Source: Octopus vulgaris
Lineage: Eukaryota
DNA: 64,000 nucleotides
Reading direction: 5' to 3'
NCBI GenBank assembly: GCA_951406725.2
Contig: OX597833.1
Span: forward strand, 56,110,001-56,174,000
Shown here piece after piece: positions 53,104 to 64,000 of the stretch. The notes under the pieces were generated by a model. The model was given only the letters and a program-made list of their open reading frames with translations, made no database searches and was not told the origin of the DNA. Numbering within the stretch: the stretch's first letter is position 1; each line of letters begins with the position of its first letter. The translations under genes were made by a program, and so were the position numbers.

Positions 53104-53519
53104 CTAATAAAGACAAATGAAAGAGATTTTCAAAAATAGTTACATACAGAAAAGAAAAAAAAATCCCTTATTTTAGTTTTTCTAGTTTAAATTTGATTAC
53201 AAAGTATAAGAGCAGGAGAGAGCTCCACCTGAACACTCCCGGTTGCTCTTCTAAAATCTGAGTAGTCACAAAGCCCTTCTAAAGCAAAAAATACCTGTTC
53301 TGCACTGGACCCCTTTTCTCATACTTTAACCCCCTTAATCTCCCTAATATGAATTGCCCCTACTTCAGAGCTCATAATCTTATAAGCTGCTTGGTGACCT
53401 CACAAAAAAAAGCATCCTGTACATGCTGCAAAGTGGCCCCTTTGGGCAAGTATCTTCTGCAAAAGCCTCAGGCTGGCCAAAGACTTGTGAGCGGATTTGG
53501 TAGACAGAAAGTGTCATAT

Positions 53520-53826
53520 ATTCTTTTATTCTTTTCCTTGTTTCAGTCATTTGACTGTGGCCATGCTGGAGCACTGCCTTTAGTTGAACAAATGAACCCC
53601 AGGACTTATTCTTTGTAAGCCTAGTACATATTTTATCAGCTTCTTTCGCTGAACAGCTAAGTTATGGGGATGTAAACACACCATCATCGGTTGTCAAGTG
53701 ATTGTGGGGGGATAAACACAGTCACATACACACACACACACTAACATATATACATGACAGGCTTCTTTCAGTTTCCGTCTACCAAATCCACTCACAAGGC
53801 TTTGGTTGGCCTAAAGCTATAGTAGA
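53520..53826 (-). mobile_element. SINE family A, head truncated; an inverted partial copy lies at ~53410-53510
   Basis: Matches the family consensus. Confidence 0.8.
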
Positions 53827-53891
53827 AAGAAAGAAAGAAAGAAAAAAAGAAAGAAAAAGAGGCAGTTTGTAAAAGGGGAACAAATACTTAC

Positions 53892-53988
53892 CCTAGCTGA
53901 AGAAACTTGTTTAGAATCTTTATCCCTACATGATAATTTATCAACGGAAACATCATCCCCAGGGTGCCTAGGAACAGTTGAGCGGATT
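53892..53988 (-). CDS. ZDHHC1: ZDHHC1/11-type palmitoyltransferase, internal exon
   Basis: Acceptor gtgttttccag|, donor |gtaagt; 97 nt, phase 2 to 0; IRSTVPRHPGDDVSVDKLSCRDKDSKQVSSAR. Confidence 0.78.
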
Positions 53989-54096
53989 CTGGAAAACACA
54001 AACAATAGATAAATTGATTGATTTAAATTAATTAAGGCGATGAACTTAAGCCAGTAATTAAAATAATTGTACATGCATTCTGTAACATCTACACAG

Positions 54097-54131
<35 letters not shown>

Positions 54132-54317
54132 TGTGTGTGCATATATATTTCGGACAGAGTAAATATTGACAATGTAATTCAACTACATTTCTTACAGTAA
54201 AACTGTCTGCTTATCTCGAACAGTTTAGTTCAGCTAATCTATTCAAATGCCTTGCTAAACAATTATCATTTCCCCCTGTATCTTACTCCACCCCTTTTTA
54301 TAATATCTCCCCACCCC

Positions 54318-54688
54318 CTACGATGCCGTGGTGATCTCATTCTCGCTCACAACATCATAAGCCGAAAGTGTAACGTCTCAAAAGAGCTGTTCTTCACTCC
54401 TGCTCCAGAGCGTCGGCTGCGGGGTCACTCCGAAAAGCTCTATCTGCGACGATTTTATCTCAATCGAAGGAGAGGGGCTTTCTCCGTCCGGGTTGCGGAT
54501 CCGTGGAATAAGCTGCCGGACGAGATAGTGAAGATGCCAACGACCGCTCGGTTCAAAGGCTCTCTTGACCAGAAATGGCCTGAACTCTTTGCATGAATAC
54601 CCTCCCTGTACATAACTCCATGTACCCCTACATGGCCTTGCTTTTTGCTTTTTGAGCCAAAAAATTAACTTAACTTAACTTAACTTAA
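54318..54688 (+). mobile_element. CR1-type LINE 3' end
   Basis: LRGHSEKLYLRRFYLNRRRGAFSVRVADPWNKLPDEIVKMPTTARFKGSLD-stop, the typical CR1 C-terminus; (AACTT)n tail. Confidence 0.85.
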
Positions 54689-55077
54689 TTAATCACTGTT
54701 CTTTGATACTAAATGAGAAATCTCTTATCTCTTTCCACACTGCCTCAATACCATTGAATGGAGAAAGAGGATTTGAACATATTGATCTGATACTGATGAT
54801 CACCAATCTCAGTATAAGAAACAATAGACATGTGGAGATGGTGGTAGTAGTTGTAATAGTAATAATAATATACTAGTTATAATTGTAGCTATAAGAATGC
54901 TTTTTTTTTCATTTATGCTAATAGCTTCTTTCCTTGAACTGCTGCTCTCTGGAACTCATTACCATCATCTTGTTAGCCTCTGGTCATTGATATTCAATCC
55001 TTTAAGCTTTCTGACAATCAAAATCTCACAAATTTGTAGGTCCCTTCTTTTCCTTTTTTTGTAGTCCCTTATGTTAT

Positions 55078-55260
55078 GTGAAGGCGCATGGCTCAGTGGT
55101 TAGAGCGACGAGCTTACGATCGTGAGGTTGTGAGCTCGAATCCCGCACTGGGCTGCGTGTCATGTTCTTGAGCAAGACACTTTATTTCACGTTTCTCCAG
55201 TTCATTCAGCTGTAGAAATGAATTGCGATGTCACAGGTGCCAAGCTGTATTGGTCCCTTT
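55078..55260 (+). mobile_element. SINE family C
   Basis: GAAGGCGCATGGCTCAGTGGTTAGAGCG...; matches 1-218. Confidence 0.8.
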
Positions 55261-57012
55261 TACCTTCATTATATCACACTTAATCCCTCACTAAGCATTA
55301 TCCCCAGATATTTCATATGAAGTGTTGGAACATTGGAGAAAGATAAAGATATAAAAAAAAGGAGAAGCAAGCATTTATTGCTGATCATTCAATATAACTA
55401 GAAAAAACCAAGTCAAATGAAAAAAAATGTTTAATCTTAATATTTATAAAAATAACAAGAAATAAAATTACAAATAAATTTCTTTCATGCCTACAGTAGC
55501 TGTTAGCACAATATATCATTCACGTAAAATTTACACAAAAGATATTAGGTCCAAATTTGTCTGTATAATTTGGCCTACTCATGCAACTTAATCTCATTTG
55601 ACAACAAGATTTACATTTATCTAGCAAATGTAGCACTGACACAATGCTTCTGCAGTTGTAGACTGGAACCGTTAACTCTTTGACAACAGGGTTTAACAGT
55701 AAACTAGGTTATTCATAAGTAGTAGCCCTTACACACTGCTGCTTGCAGCTGTAGACTGTTAATCTGAAACCATTAACTCACAGATAACATGGTTTACAGA
55801 CAGATTAGCTGTATAGTAAAAAGGCATTTAATACCTTTACCAGTAGCGATGGACAGTGAAATGATAAATGCCGTAACAATACAGTTAGCAACCAATACTC
55901 AAATGTTGCCACCAGCTACAAACACAGGAAAACCTATTAGTATGCTAACAACAGGGTGTGTAGTTAGAAAAGTCATATTCTATTACTACACAACATTGCC
56001 AGTCGCCAGCTTGGTTCATAACTGTAGCTACTATAAGGGATGCCAGCAACGGTACATTTATAAAAAAACAAAAAGGCACAGGACAAAATTGTTGTTAGCA
56101 AATTTTTCTAACTTCATTCTGTTCTCATTTCAATTAAAATTCTGTCAACACTTTTACAAATTTATCTTTATTAAACCTAACTGAAATTTCTTTTTATACT
56201 ATTTCTCTTCAAGCTTTTATACCAACGTAAAATCCAGTCAGAATTCTGGCTATTTCTCGCTTCTTGCAAAGAGCTCTTGCTATAAACAAGACTCAGACTA
56301 ATCTTCAATGTATATAAAAGAGCAAAGACATCTCTACCTTCTTTAGAAATTAGTTCAACTTCATTTCATACTCTTTTCATTTCAAGCTCATCTGTTTCCC
56401 TTGCAAATAAATAGTATAACATAATCATATTCTATCCAAGAAAAAGCCCTCGCAATAAAAATTTCAACCTTCAAATAGTTCATCAGCTGATTCAAATGTT
56501 TCGACCAACCAATCCTTTGACCATTTGTCTTATGACAAGATCAAACATACCCCTTAATCAATAGTTCACACAAGAATACAGTCCACAAAGGCAGACTGGA
56601 TTTGAAATGAAGAGAAATTAAATGAATCTGATAAATTTCCTTTATCAGCTCTCACTGAACCATAAGAAATCGAATATACTCAAATTTATGTCTTTAGATT
56701 TTGTTCTATGGTCACTCTTAAGATTCCAGCTCACATGTTAGAACCTAATTGTCATGGTGATGATCAACAAACTGAACATAATATCAGCAATTTGTGAGTC
56801 ATTTCCAAATGCTTTGTTACATATTTTCTACATTAGTTAGAAGAGTTATTCCGTAACAATATATTCCAGATATCTTCTGGGCTTATTAAGCAGCCATCTT
56901 TAATGTTTTGTGGAGTTTTAACATTTCAACCTATTATGCTAATGTGCCCATCAAAAGCATGATGGAACAGTAGCCATTTATTGTTAACACAGCTATTGTT
57001 TCCACAAAACAT

Positions 57013-57430
57013 AAGCGCAGGAGTGGCTGTGTGGTAAGTAGGTTGCTAACCAACCACATGGTTCCGGGTACAGTCCCACTGCGTGGCATCTTGGGCAAGT
57101 GTCTTCTGCTATAGCCCCAGGCCGACCAATGCCTTGTGAGTGAATTTGGTAGACGGAAACTGAAAGAAGCCTGTCGTATATATGTATATATATATATGTG
57201 TGTGTGTGTGTGGGTTTGTGTGTCTGTGTTTGTCCCCGTAGCATTGCTTGACAACCGATGCTGGTGTGTTTACGTCCCCGTCACTTAGCAGTTCGGCAAA
57301 AGAGACCGATAGAATAAGTACTGGGCTTACAAAGAATAAGTCCCGGGATCAATTTGATCGACTAAAGGCAGTGTTCCAGCATGGCTGCAGTCAAATGACT
57401 GAAACAAGTAAAAGAGTAAAAGAGAGAGAG
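57013..57430 (+). mobile_element. SINE family A, full-length with TSD
   Basis: CAAAACAT at 57005-57012 and 57433-57440. Confidence 0.9.
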
Positions 57431-58240
57431 TTCAAAACATCTAGTTAAATAACCTTTAGTTTTGTTAAACAATAAAGTCAGTGAGAGCTAAAGCTATGTC
57501 TGTTTTAACAACCAATAATCTTGATGTTGTCATGTCAAATTTTGAAGATAATAAAGGAGAGAGGGAAAGTTGTGGCAGATATATTTTCCCAAAGTCATTA
57601 CAAATGTAATTTAAATTGCTTCTTGTAGGAAGTGAAACTGGAATGCCCGTCTTATTCACTGATAACTTACTGATGCATAGCATGTTTGATACAGGGCCAT
57701 ATACATATTATATTGAATAACTATGGTACTAGATAACTGACCCTGTGGTCAAAAATTAAAATTTAAAAAGGGTCATAAACACTAAAATGAGAGTGAGCAA
57801 GACCTACCTTACCCTAACAATTTTATTGTAAGGTTCAATGACTATATCACAGAAAGGGTAGTTTTCCAAAAGGCTCACACAAATGGAATCATTGAAAGAG
57901 CTTTTGTGGAGTAACCTGATCTGCTCAATAAAGCAGCTGACCCTTCTTCTAAAACTCCCTATTATCTTTAATATGGTCGTGATTAGGAAGCTTGCTTCCT
58001 AGCTACATGGTTTCAGGTTCAGTCCCACTGCGAAGCACTTTGGGTAGGTGTCTTCCACTATAGCGCCGAGTCGACCGAAGCTTTGTGGTTGAATTCGGTA
58101 GGCGGAAGTTACTGCTGTGTGTGTATATGTGCGTGTAGGTGCTCAGTACCTCTCCGAAAGAGAGAGAGAGAGGGTTAGTCATGCTTTTATGTCCTATATT
58201 TAGGGTCAGCATGCTTCACAATACGGTTATAGTTAGACAG

Positions 58241-58623
58241 TGGAGGCGCAATGGCCCAGTGGTTAGGGCAGTGGACTCGCGGTCATAGGATCGCGGTTTT
58301 GATTCCCAGACCGGGCGTTGTGAGTGTTTATTGAGCGAAAACACCTAAAGCTCCACAAGGCTCCAGCAGGGGATGGTGGTGATCCCTGCTGTACTCTTTC
58401 ACCACAACTTTCTCTCACTCTTACTTCCTGTTTCTGTTGTACCTGTATTTCAAAGGGTCGGCCTTGTCACTCTCTGTGTCACGCTGAATATCCCCGAGAA
58501 CTACGTTAAGCGTACACGTGTCTGTGGATTGCTCAGCCACTTACACGTTAATTTCACGAGCAGGCTGTTCCGTTGATTCGGATCAACCGGAACCCTCGTC
58601 GTCGTAACCGACGGAGTGCTTCC
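58241..58623 (+). mobile_element. SINE family B, tail type 2, with 10-bp TSD
   Basis: AGTTAGACAG at 58231-58240 and 58624-58633. Confidence 0.9.
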
Positions 58624-59128
58624 AGTTAGACAGATGATCAAATAAATATCAAAGTTCAACCAAAATGAACACATCAGATAGTTAATATCAAATGTCCAGG
58701 ATCTTTGGATTCCGTGGGTTGCTACTAGGCATTTGATCGACTTCCTCTGGTGCTGTAGGTCTTCTTGCTTGGAACTGATTGGGTCTGGCCAACAATAACA
58801 CAACAATTCATGCAACTACAAAACAGATATTGATTAAACTTGTGGACAGTTTCTAAAAGGCAATATAATTACTGAGCTGTTTATTGTCATGCAGTTGCGT
58901 TGTTTAATCATTCTGCGTGTGATTTAGTATTTTTCTTCTGCTTGTCGGTAAAATTAGTTTCTATTAATATACTAAAATAAAACTATTGCACGAGAGTTTT
59001 GTATCAACAATTTTTCGCAAAAACAAAACAAACCCAATAGTTTCCCTTGTATCATGAGGTAACTCAAGCAACCCAACGACATGAACAGCATCAATAAATC
59101 ATGCAACTTTACTCATGCAACAACAACG

Positions 59129-59169
<41 letters not shown>

Positions 59170-59217
59170 TTTATCACATGCAGTGAAAGCACATGATAAA
59201 AATAAGACTACTGAATG

Positions 59218-59271
<54 letters not shown>

Positions 59272-60189
59272 TGTAAAATTGACAGTTATTATTAGAAAAT
59301 TTTAATTGAAAAATTATAAAATCCTTAAAATCATGAAGTGATTGTAGGATTTTACGAAGAATATAGGATGAAGTGTTTATCGTTATCATTATAAGTAGTG
59401 GTAGAAGGAAAATACTAAACTGTAGGTACCTTTTAATTGAGAACCTTAACTGGATTGGATAAGTGATAAAGTTGTAGGCCCACCATGTTAGCTGACTGTT
59501 CGGTCTAACTATGCTACCATCGCCAATGTTGTTATACACACAGCCTTTAAGGACTTGTGGTCAGTGATAATTTTGTGCTATTGAGTATGTGGATGATAAA
59601 TCACCTTTAAGTGAGGTGCCAACCTATCATCATCATCATCGTCATCATCATCATCATTTAATGTCCATTTTCCATGCTGGCATGGGTTGAACGGTTTGAC
59701 TGGGGTCTGGAAAGCCAGCAGCTGCACTAGGCTCCAATCTGATCTGGCAATGTTTCTACAGCTGGATGCCTTTCCTAATGCCTATCTTAATTAATATTCC
59801 TAGAAGACCAAGTACCTATTCCTAATTGCTAAATGAAAAGGTGGGCATAGAGTAAAGTGTACTGTCTATTACATTATGAAATTTGTTTTACATCTTTTTT
59901 TCCATGCCTGTATGGGTTAGATGAATATATACTGTGGTTCTGTTTTTAACCTCACTACATATATTCTTCTTGTTGCTAACCCTTACTTGCTTATCGAATA
60001 ATGGATTCTAAAAAAAAAATATTAATTCTACTCATCTTCAAAAATACAGAACTACAAGCTGATTTGTTAGGAAGGCAATGTTGACACGCATCACAAATTT
60101 TTGTCCAATGCTTTGTACACAAGGACACAGGATGTAGACGACCACACAGAAATACATACAAGCAGTAAGTTTGAACAAAAGACCTTTAA

Positions 60190-60410
60190 CCCTTTGGTGT
60201 TTGCATTATTCTGCCAAAATTAATGCTTTTCTATCCACATTGTTTTGAACTAATCATGCATTATCTTGTAGTTATGCGATTTTGATGAGGTAACTGTTAA
60301 TTTTTAAAATGACATTGTAGGGTTGGTGTGAGAGACCAGATCTGGCCAGTTTGAACATAAAACAGGCAGAATACATTTGGCCGGATATGGCCTGTTTAAA
60401 TGCTAATGGG
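60190..60410. mobile_element. piggyBac-type MITE (second family)
   Basis: TTAA at 60186-60189 and 60411-60414; CCC...GGG ends; interior matches 24327-24526. Confidence 0.8.
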
Positions 60411-60914
60411 TTAATCTGGCAGGTCACTAGCATATCTGGTCAACCATTCTGCTTTTAATGTTTCTTTGGAAAAGAAACTATTTTCCAATTTATGATCAAA
60501 GCGGTAACCCTTCCTTTATCTTCCTATCTTCCAAATGAAGGACAAAAGCCTTATGCTTTCAATCCTTTACTCCCCCATAGCAATTATATTATTGAACTCT
60601 TGTATGAAATCTCTAAGGGAATAATAATGTAATAGAAAGTACTGATTTGATAGGAAGTGAGAATAATGGCTACTAATGGGTGAGATACTGCATTATGTTA
60701 TGTCTAACTCAAGCTCTAAACCTAATTAAGAAATTGCTATTTAAAGCAACACTGTAAATCTAATTAAGAAATTGCTAAGTTAGTAGTGAAGAATGGAATT
60801 TAAGTTAATAGTAAAGAACAGAAATATGTTATTACAATGTATAAAAGTATTTTAGTGAATGAGTTTAACCACTCCAAGGATTTCTAGCAAATATGTAAAT
60901 AAGAAATATCTACT

Positions 60915-60945
<31 letters not shown>

Positions 60946-60956
60946 AGGTTTTGAGA

Positions 60957-60989
<33 letters not shown>

Positions 60990-61019
60990 AAGGTTTTGAG
61001 ATGATGTATATATATATAT

Positions 61020-61366
61020 AAAAATTAGAAAAAAACACCTTTTATCAATTCAAAATGAACAATTAAACTACACCATCTAGAAAATTACATAGAATAGAAA
61101 CATTAAAATTAAAATAACAATAAAATACCGATGATTAAGTAAATTGCAAAAAAATAATAAAAACGTATATAATTGTTATTCTATTAATTATATACGTTTT
61201 TATTATTTTTTTAATTATTTTTATTATTATTTTTTTGCAATTTACTTAATCATCGGTATTTTATTGCTATTTTAATTTTAATATTTCTATTATATGTAAT
61301 TTTCTAGATGGTGTAATTTAATTGTTCATTTTGAATTGATAAAAGGTGAGTTTTTTTCTAATTTTT
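61020..61366. repeat. ~150-bp-arm inverted repeat between (TA)n tracts with eroded hammerhead motifs
   Basis: Plus 61125-61170: ATA-CCGATGA-...-AAAA-CG-TA-TAT; mirror at 61190-61259. Confidence 0.8.
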
Positions 61367-61548
61367 ATATATATATATATTATATTGTGTGAAATTTGAT
61401 TTAGTATTTCTAAATTGAATTTTTTTCCCTGTAAGTTAGGATTAATATTCCCTCAAATAATTATTATATATATATATAAACAGGTGAACAAAATATTTTA
61501 AAATGATAATAAAGAAACAACAAACAAAAACAAAACATTCCAACTAAC

Positions 61549-61583
61549 CCTTTCCGCCCGGAAACAGGCACCACTTTATTTAG
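61549..61583 (-). CDS. ZDHHC1: ZDHHC1/11-type palmitoyltransferase, 35-nt microexon
   Basis: Acceptor atatttttcag|, donor |gttagt; phase 0 to 2, exactly bridging the flanking exons; LNKVVPVSGRK(G). Confidence 0.72.
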
Positions 61584-61970
61584 CTGAAAAATATAACAAT
61601 ACCAATTTTCAGTATAAATTCTTGAAGTTTGGAAGAAAAATACAAGTATAAAACATAAATATATAAATATATTTAGCATAAAAAATAGGTATAAATGACA
61701 TTAAAAATATGACATAAAAAATAAATGATATAAAAAAATATGTATAAATGACATAAGAAAATATGTCCCAATAGTATTTAGAATAGTATTTTTAATACTG
61801 TTGGAACTTACTCATAAGGTACAAGAATCTTATATATACACCATTCTGCCTAAATAATGGAACTGAAGATACAATATCCCTGCATATCTCATGTCAATTT
61901 TCATTTCTCCACTGACTCTCTGTTTCATATCTTATCTAGAATAACTATTGCTTAACCATTTTCTCACACC

Positions 61971-62018
61971 GTCTCCGATGAAGGGATATAATAAATACCC
62001 TGGAAACAGCTGTAAGAC
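61971..62018 (+). ncRNA. minimal hammerhead motif (U4C core)
   Basis: GTCT-CCGATGA-AGGG...CCCT-g-GAAA-CAGCTG-TA-AGAC; perfect 4-bp stem I; same family as 15774. Confidence 0.7.
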
Positions 62019-62063
62019 CTGTTCTGAAATCTTTCACAGCCTTGGATTTTTATTGCATTCTGT

Positions 62064-62107
<44 letters not shown>

Positions 62108-62759
62108 TACGAAATTACCGGAGTCATTCTTGTTGCTTATTTTGATTATAATCACCCCACGGATTTTTATGAATAACACCATACAGAATTCTGGTGCATC
62201 TAAATTAAGTACCATATTCATTTGAATCTAAATTTTTGCTGAACTTATACATATATATATACACACACACACACATATATATTCACACATATGTATACAT
62301 ATACATATATATGTATATATATATACACATACACACACATACATATACATGTGTCCGTACATGTACTTACACACATACATAAACACATATACATATGTGT
62401 ATCCATACATAAACATACATACAGTTGTACCCATAAGCTTAAAAATGTTACCTAGTTAAATTCAGGAAGGAAACTAAATAGATATTGATGATGTTCAGCT
62501 ACCTTTACCGTCTCTTTGACAAAATACTTGTTTTTTAATACATAGATTCACTATTGTAAGAAAACAGAAATGAGACCGAGTAATTCTTCATGTCTTTCTA
62601 GAAAGCATTAAAAATGTAAATGAAGAAAAATGGGCTGACACTTGGGATCAACGTTGTTACATATGTAATTCAACTAGGAGCTTACTTTTACAATGACACG
62701 GTAAAAACGAAGACAAAATCAGTAAAAATTCAAAATTTTCAGTAAAAATTCTTACAAAC

Positions 62760-62887
62760 CTTCTTAGAAATATTGCCAAATGGAGAAGTCTTCGCTGCAG
62801 TAGATTTCTTCATTTCTAATGCAGCTTCTTCTTCTTTTTCCTGCCTTGCTTTCTGAATGACTTCAAATGTTGTCAGATTCTTATAGG
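62760..62887 (-). CDS. ZDHHC1: ZDHHC1/11-type palmitoyltransferase, exon with TTxE motif (missed by the ORF track); the DHHC domain lies beyond the window end
   Basis: Acceptor ttgttattcatag|, donor AAG|gtttgt. Encodes YKNLTTFEVIQKARQEKEEEAALEMKKSTAAKTSPFGNISKK; TTxE is the conserved post-TM4 motif of DHHC enzymes. Confidence 0.82.
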
Positions 62888-63030
62888 CTATGAATAACAA
62901 AACAGCAAATATAAAATGAGATTAAACAAAACAGATTCAGCAAAGAACGCATTCTTTCTATGTCATCACATCATCACATCAAAACTTAATTATTCCTTAT
63001 TTTTGGAACCGTATCTCAAAGCACATACTA

Positions 63031-63449
63031 TTTTACTGTTTTACTTGTTTCAGTCATTTGACTGTGGCCATGCTGGAGCACTGCCTTTAGTTGAGCAAAT
63101 CGACCCCAGGACTTATTGTTTGTAAGCCTAGTACTTATTCTATCAGTCGCTTTTGCCGAACCGCTGAGTTAAGGTGACGTAAACAAACTAGCATCGGTTG
63201 TCAAGCGATGTTGGGGGGGGACAAACACAGACACACAAACATATACACACATACACACACACACATATATATATACATATATACGACGGGCTTCTTTCAG
63301 TTTCTGTCTACCAAATCCACTCACAAGGCTTTGGTCAACCCGAGGCTATAGTAGAAGACACTTGCCCAAGGTGCCATGCAGTGGGACTGAACCCAGAACC
63401 ATGTGGTTCGTAAACAAGCTACTTACCACACAGCCACTCCCATGCCTAG
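63031..63449 (-). mobile_element. SINE family A, full-length
   Basis: Matches the family consensus. Confidence 0.88.
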
Positions 63450-63780
63450 AGCTATAAAAAATAACAGCATGTAATATTGGGCTGAAAAAGCTTTATGGAT
63501 AGAAAAAGCTGAATGCTGCTGAATATTTATACACTGTTATTTAAAGCTTCATGCTTCAGTCCTCAAAAATAATTATTTCATGTTCTCTCAAAAGTTTATA
63601 AAGTCTTATTATATTAATATCTATACATAGCTTACTCCAACTTATCTTAAGCCCATGTAGCAGTTCCTTCATTGTAATTACTAGCATCAAAAAAATTAAC
63701 AAAGCATTCTGGAATCAAAGGACATGTCATGTGTAAAAAAAAATAATAAACATATTATTATTATTATTATTATTATTAAT

Positions 63781-64000
63781 GAGTGAGAGAGCAGTGCTCG
63801 CCATCAACGTGACACTGGGGTAAAAATATACGAAGCCCAGTATACCCATCATGACTACCTGTCTGATAAGGGTACACTAGGCACATGCATCACAACCATA
63901 TGGGCGTGACATGGTGATCTCATATCAAGATAAACAGCACATGTAGGTGGGGCCCAGTTAGAATTTTCTTCTGGTCAAGTAACCCATCCTGCTCAAAGGG
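63781..64000. mobile_element. interspersed repeat family F, runs off the window end
   Basis: Matches 36547 onward; preceded by (TTA)n. Confidence 0.7.

Noticed and set aside
55630-56184. Degenerate ~90-bp tandem duplication and a 131-aa ORF
   Set aside because: Only two poorly conserved units; the ORF is antisense within an intron and has no recognisable motif.
57813-57948. Possible extra ZDHHC exon ending AGG|GTAAGG with the same phases as 53892-53988
   Set aside because: The acceptor is purine-rich and weak, and the peptide does not resemble the rest of the tail.
58241-58315. tRNA-like sequence (also at 55081, 29765 and other SINE heads)
   Set aside because: It continues into SINE bodies enclosed by TSDs and lacks a clean acceptor stem and terminator.
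62756-62759. Alternative donor TTT|GTAAGA 4 nt downstream of the chosen ZDHHC donor
   Set aside because: It gives phase 1, incompatible with the phase-0 microexon that restores the frame.

Overview
This is AT-rich, microsatellite-dense eukaryotic DNA. The SINE families and (TA)n/(CA)n load suggest an octopus-type cephalopod, which is an inference. Two convergent spliced genes enter from the window ends. On + are the last four exons of a soluble glycoside hydrolase family 1 beta-glucosidase (2364-7828). On - are the last five exons of a ZDHHC1/11-type palmitoyltransferase (62887-49041); both exon chains are phase-consistent. The rest is tRNA-derived SINEs, LINE remnants (RTE, CR1/L2, R4/Dong), piggyBac- and Tc1-type MITEs, Helitron-like elements, a candidate solo LTR and simple repeats. 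Almost all ORFs in the supplied track are repeat artefacts. The most notable signal is about 15 minimal type I hammerhead-ribozyme-like motifs at nine loci, of the kind associated with Penelope-like retroelements. Most lie in long inverted repeats next to (TA)n tracts. Their cores are often non-canonical: a recurrent CCGANGA (U4C), plus G3-C8 and U3-A8 versions that preserve the 3-8 tertiary pair. Other leads are a dense, same-orientation cluster of RUNX-type GACCACA sites with a fixed-spacing partner motif (47.8-48.05 kb), a pre-miRNA-like hairpin (30.4 kb) and a possible decayed coding fossil in a ZDHHC intron (56.2-58.0 kb). Everything was read by eye; repeat boundaries are approximate and no searches were run.
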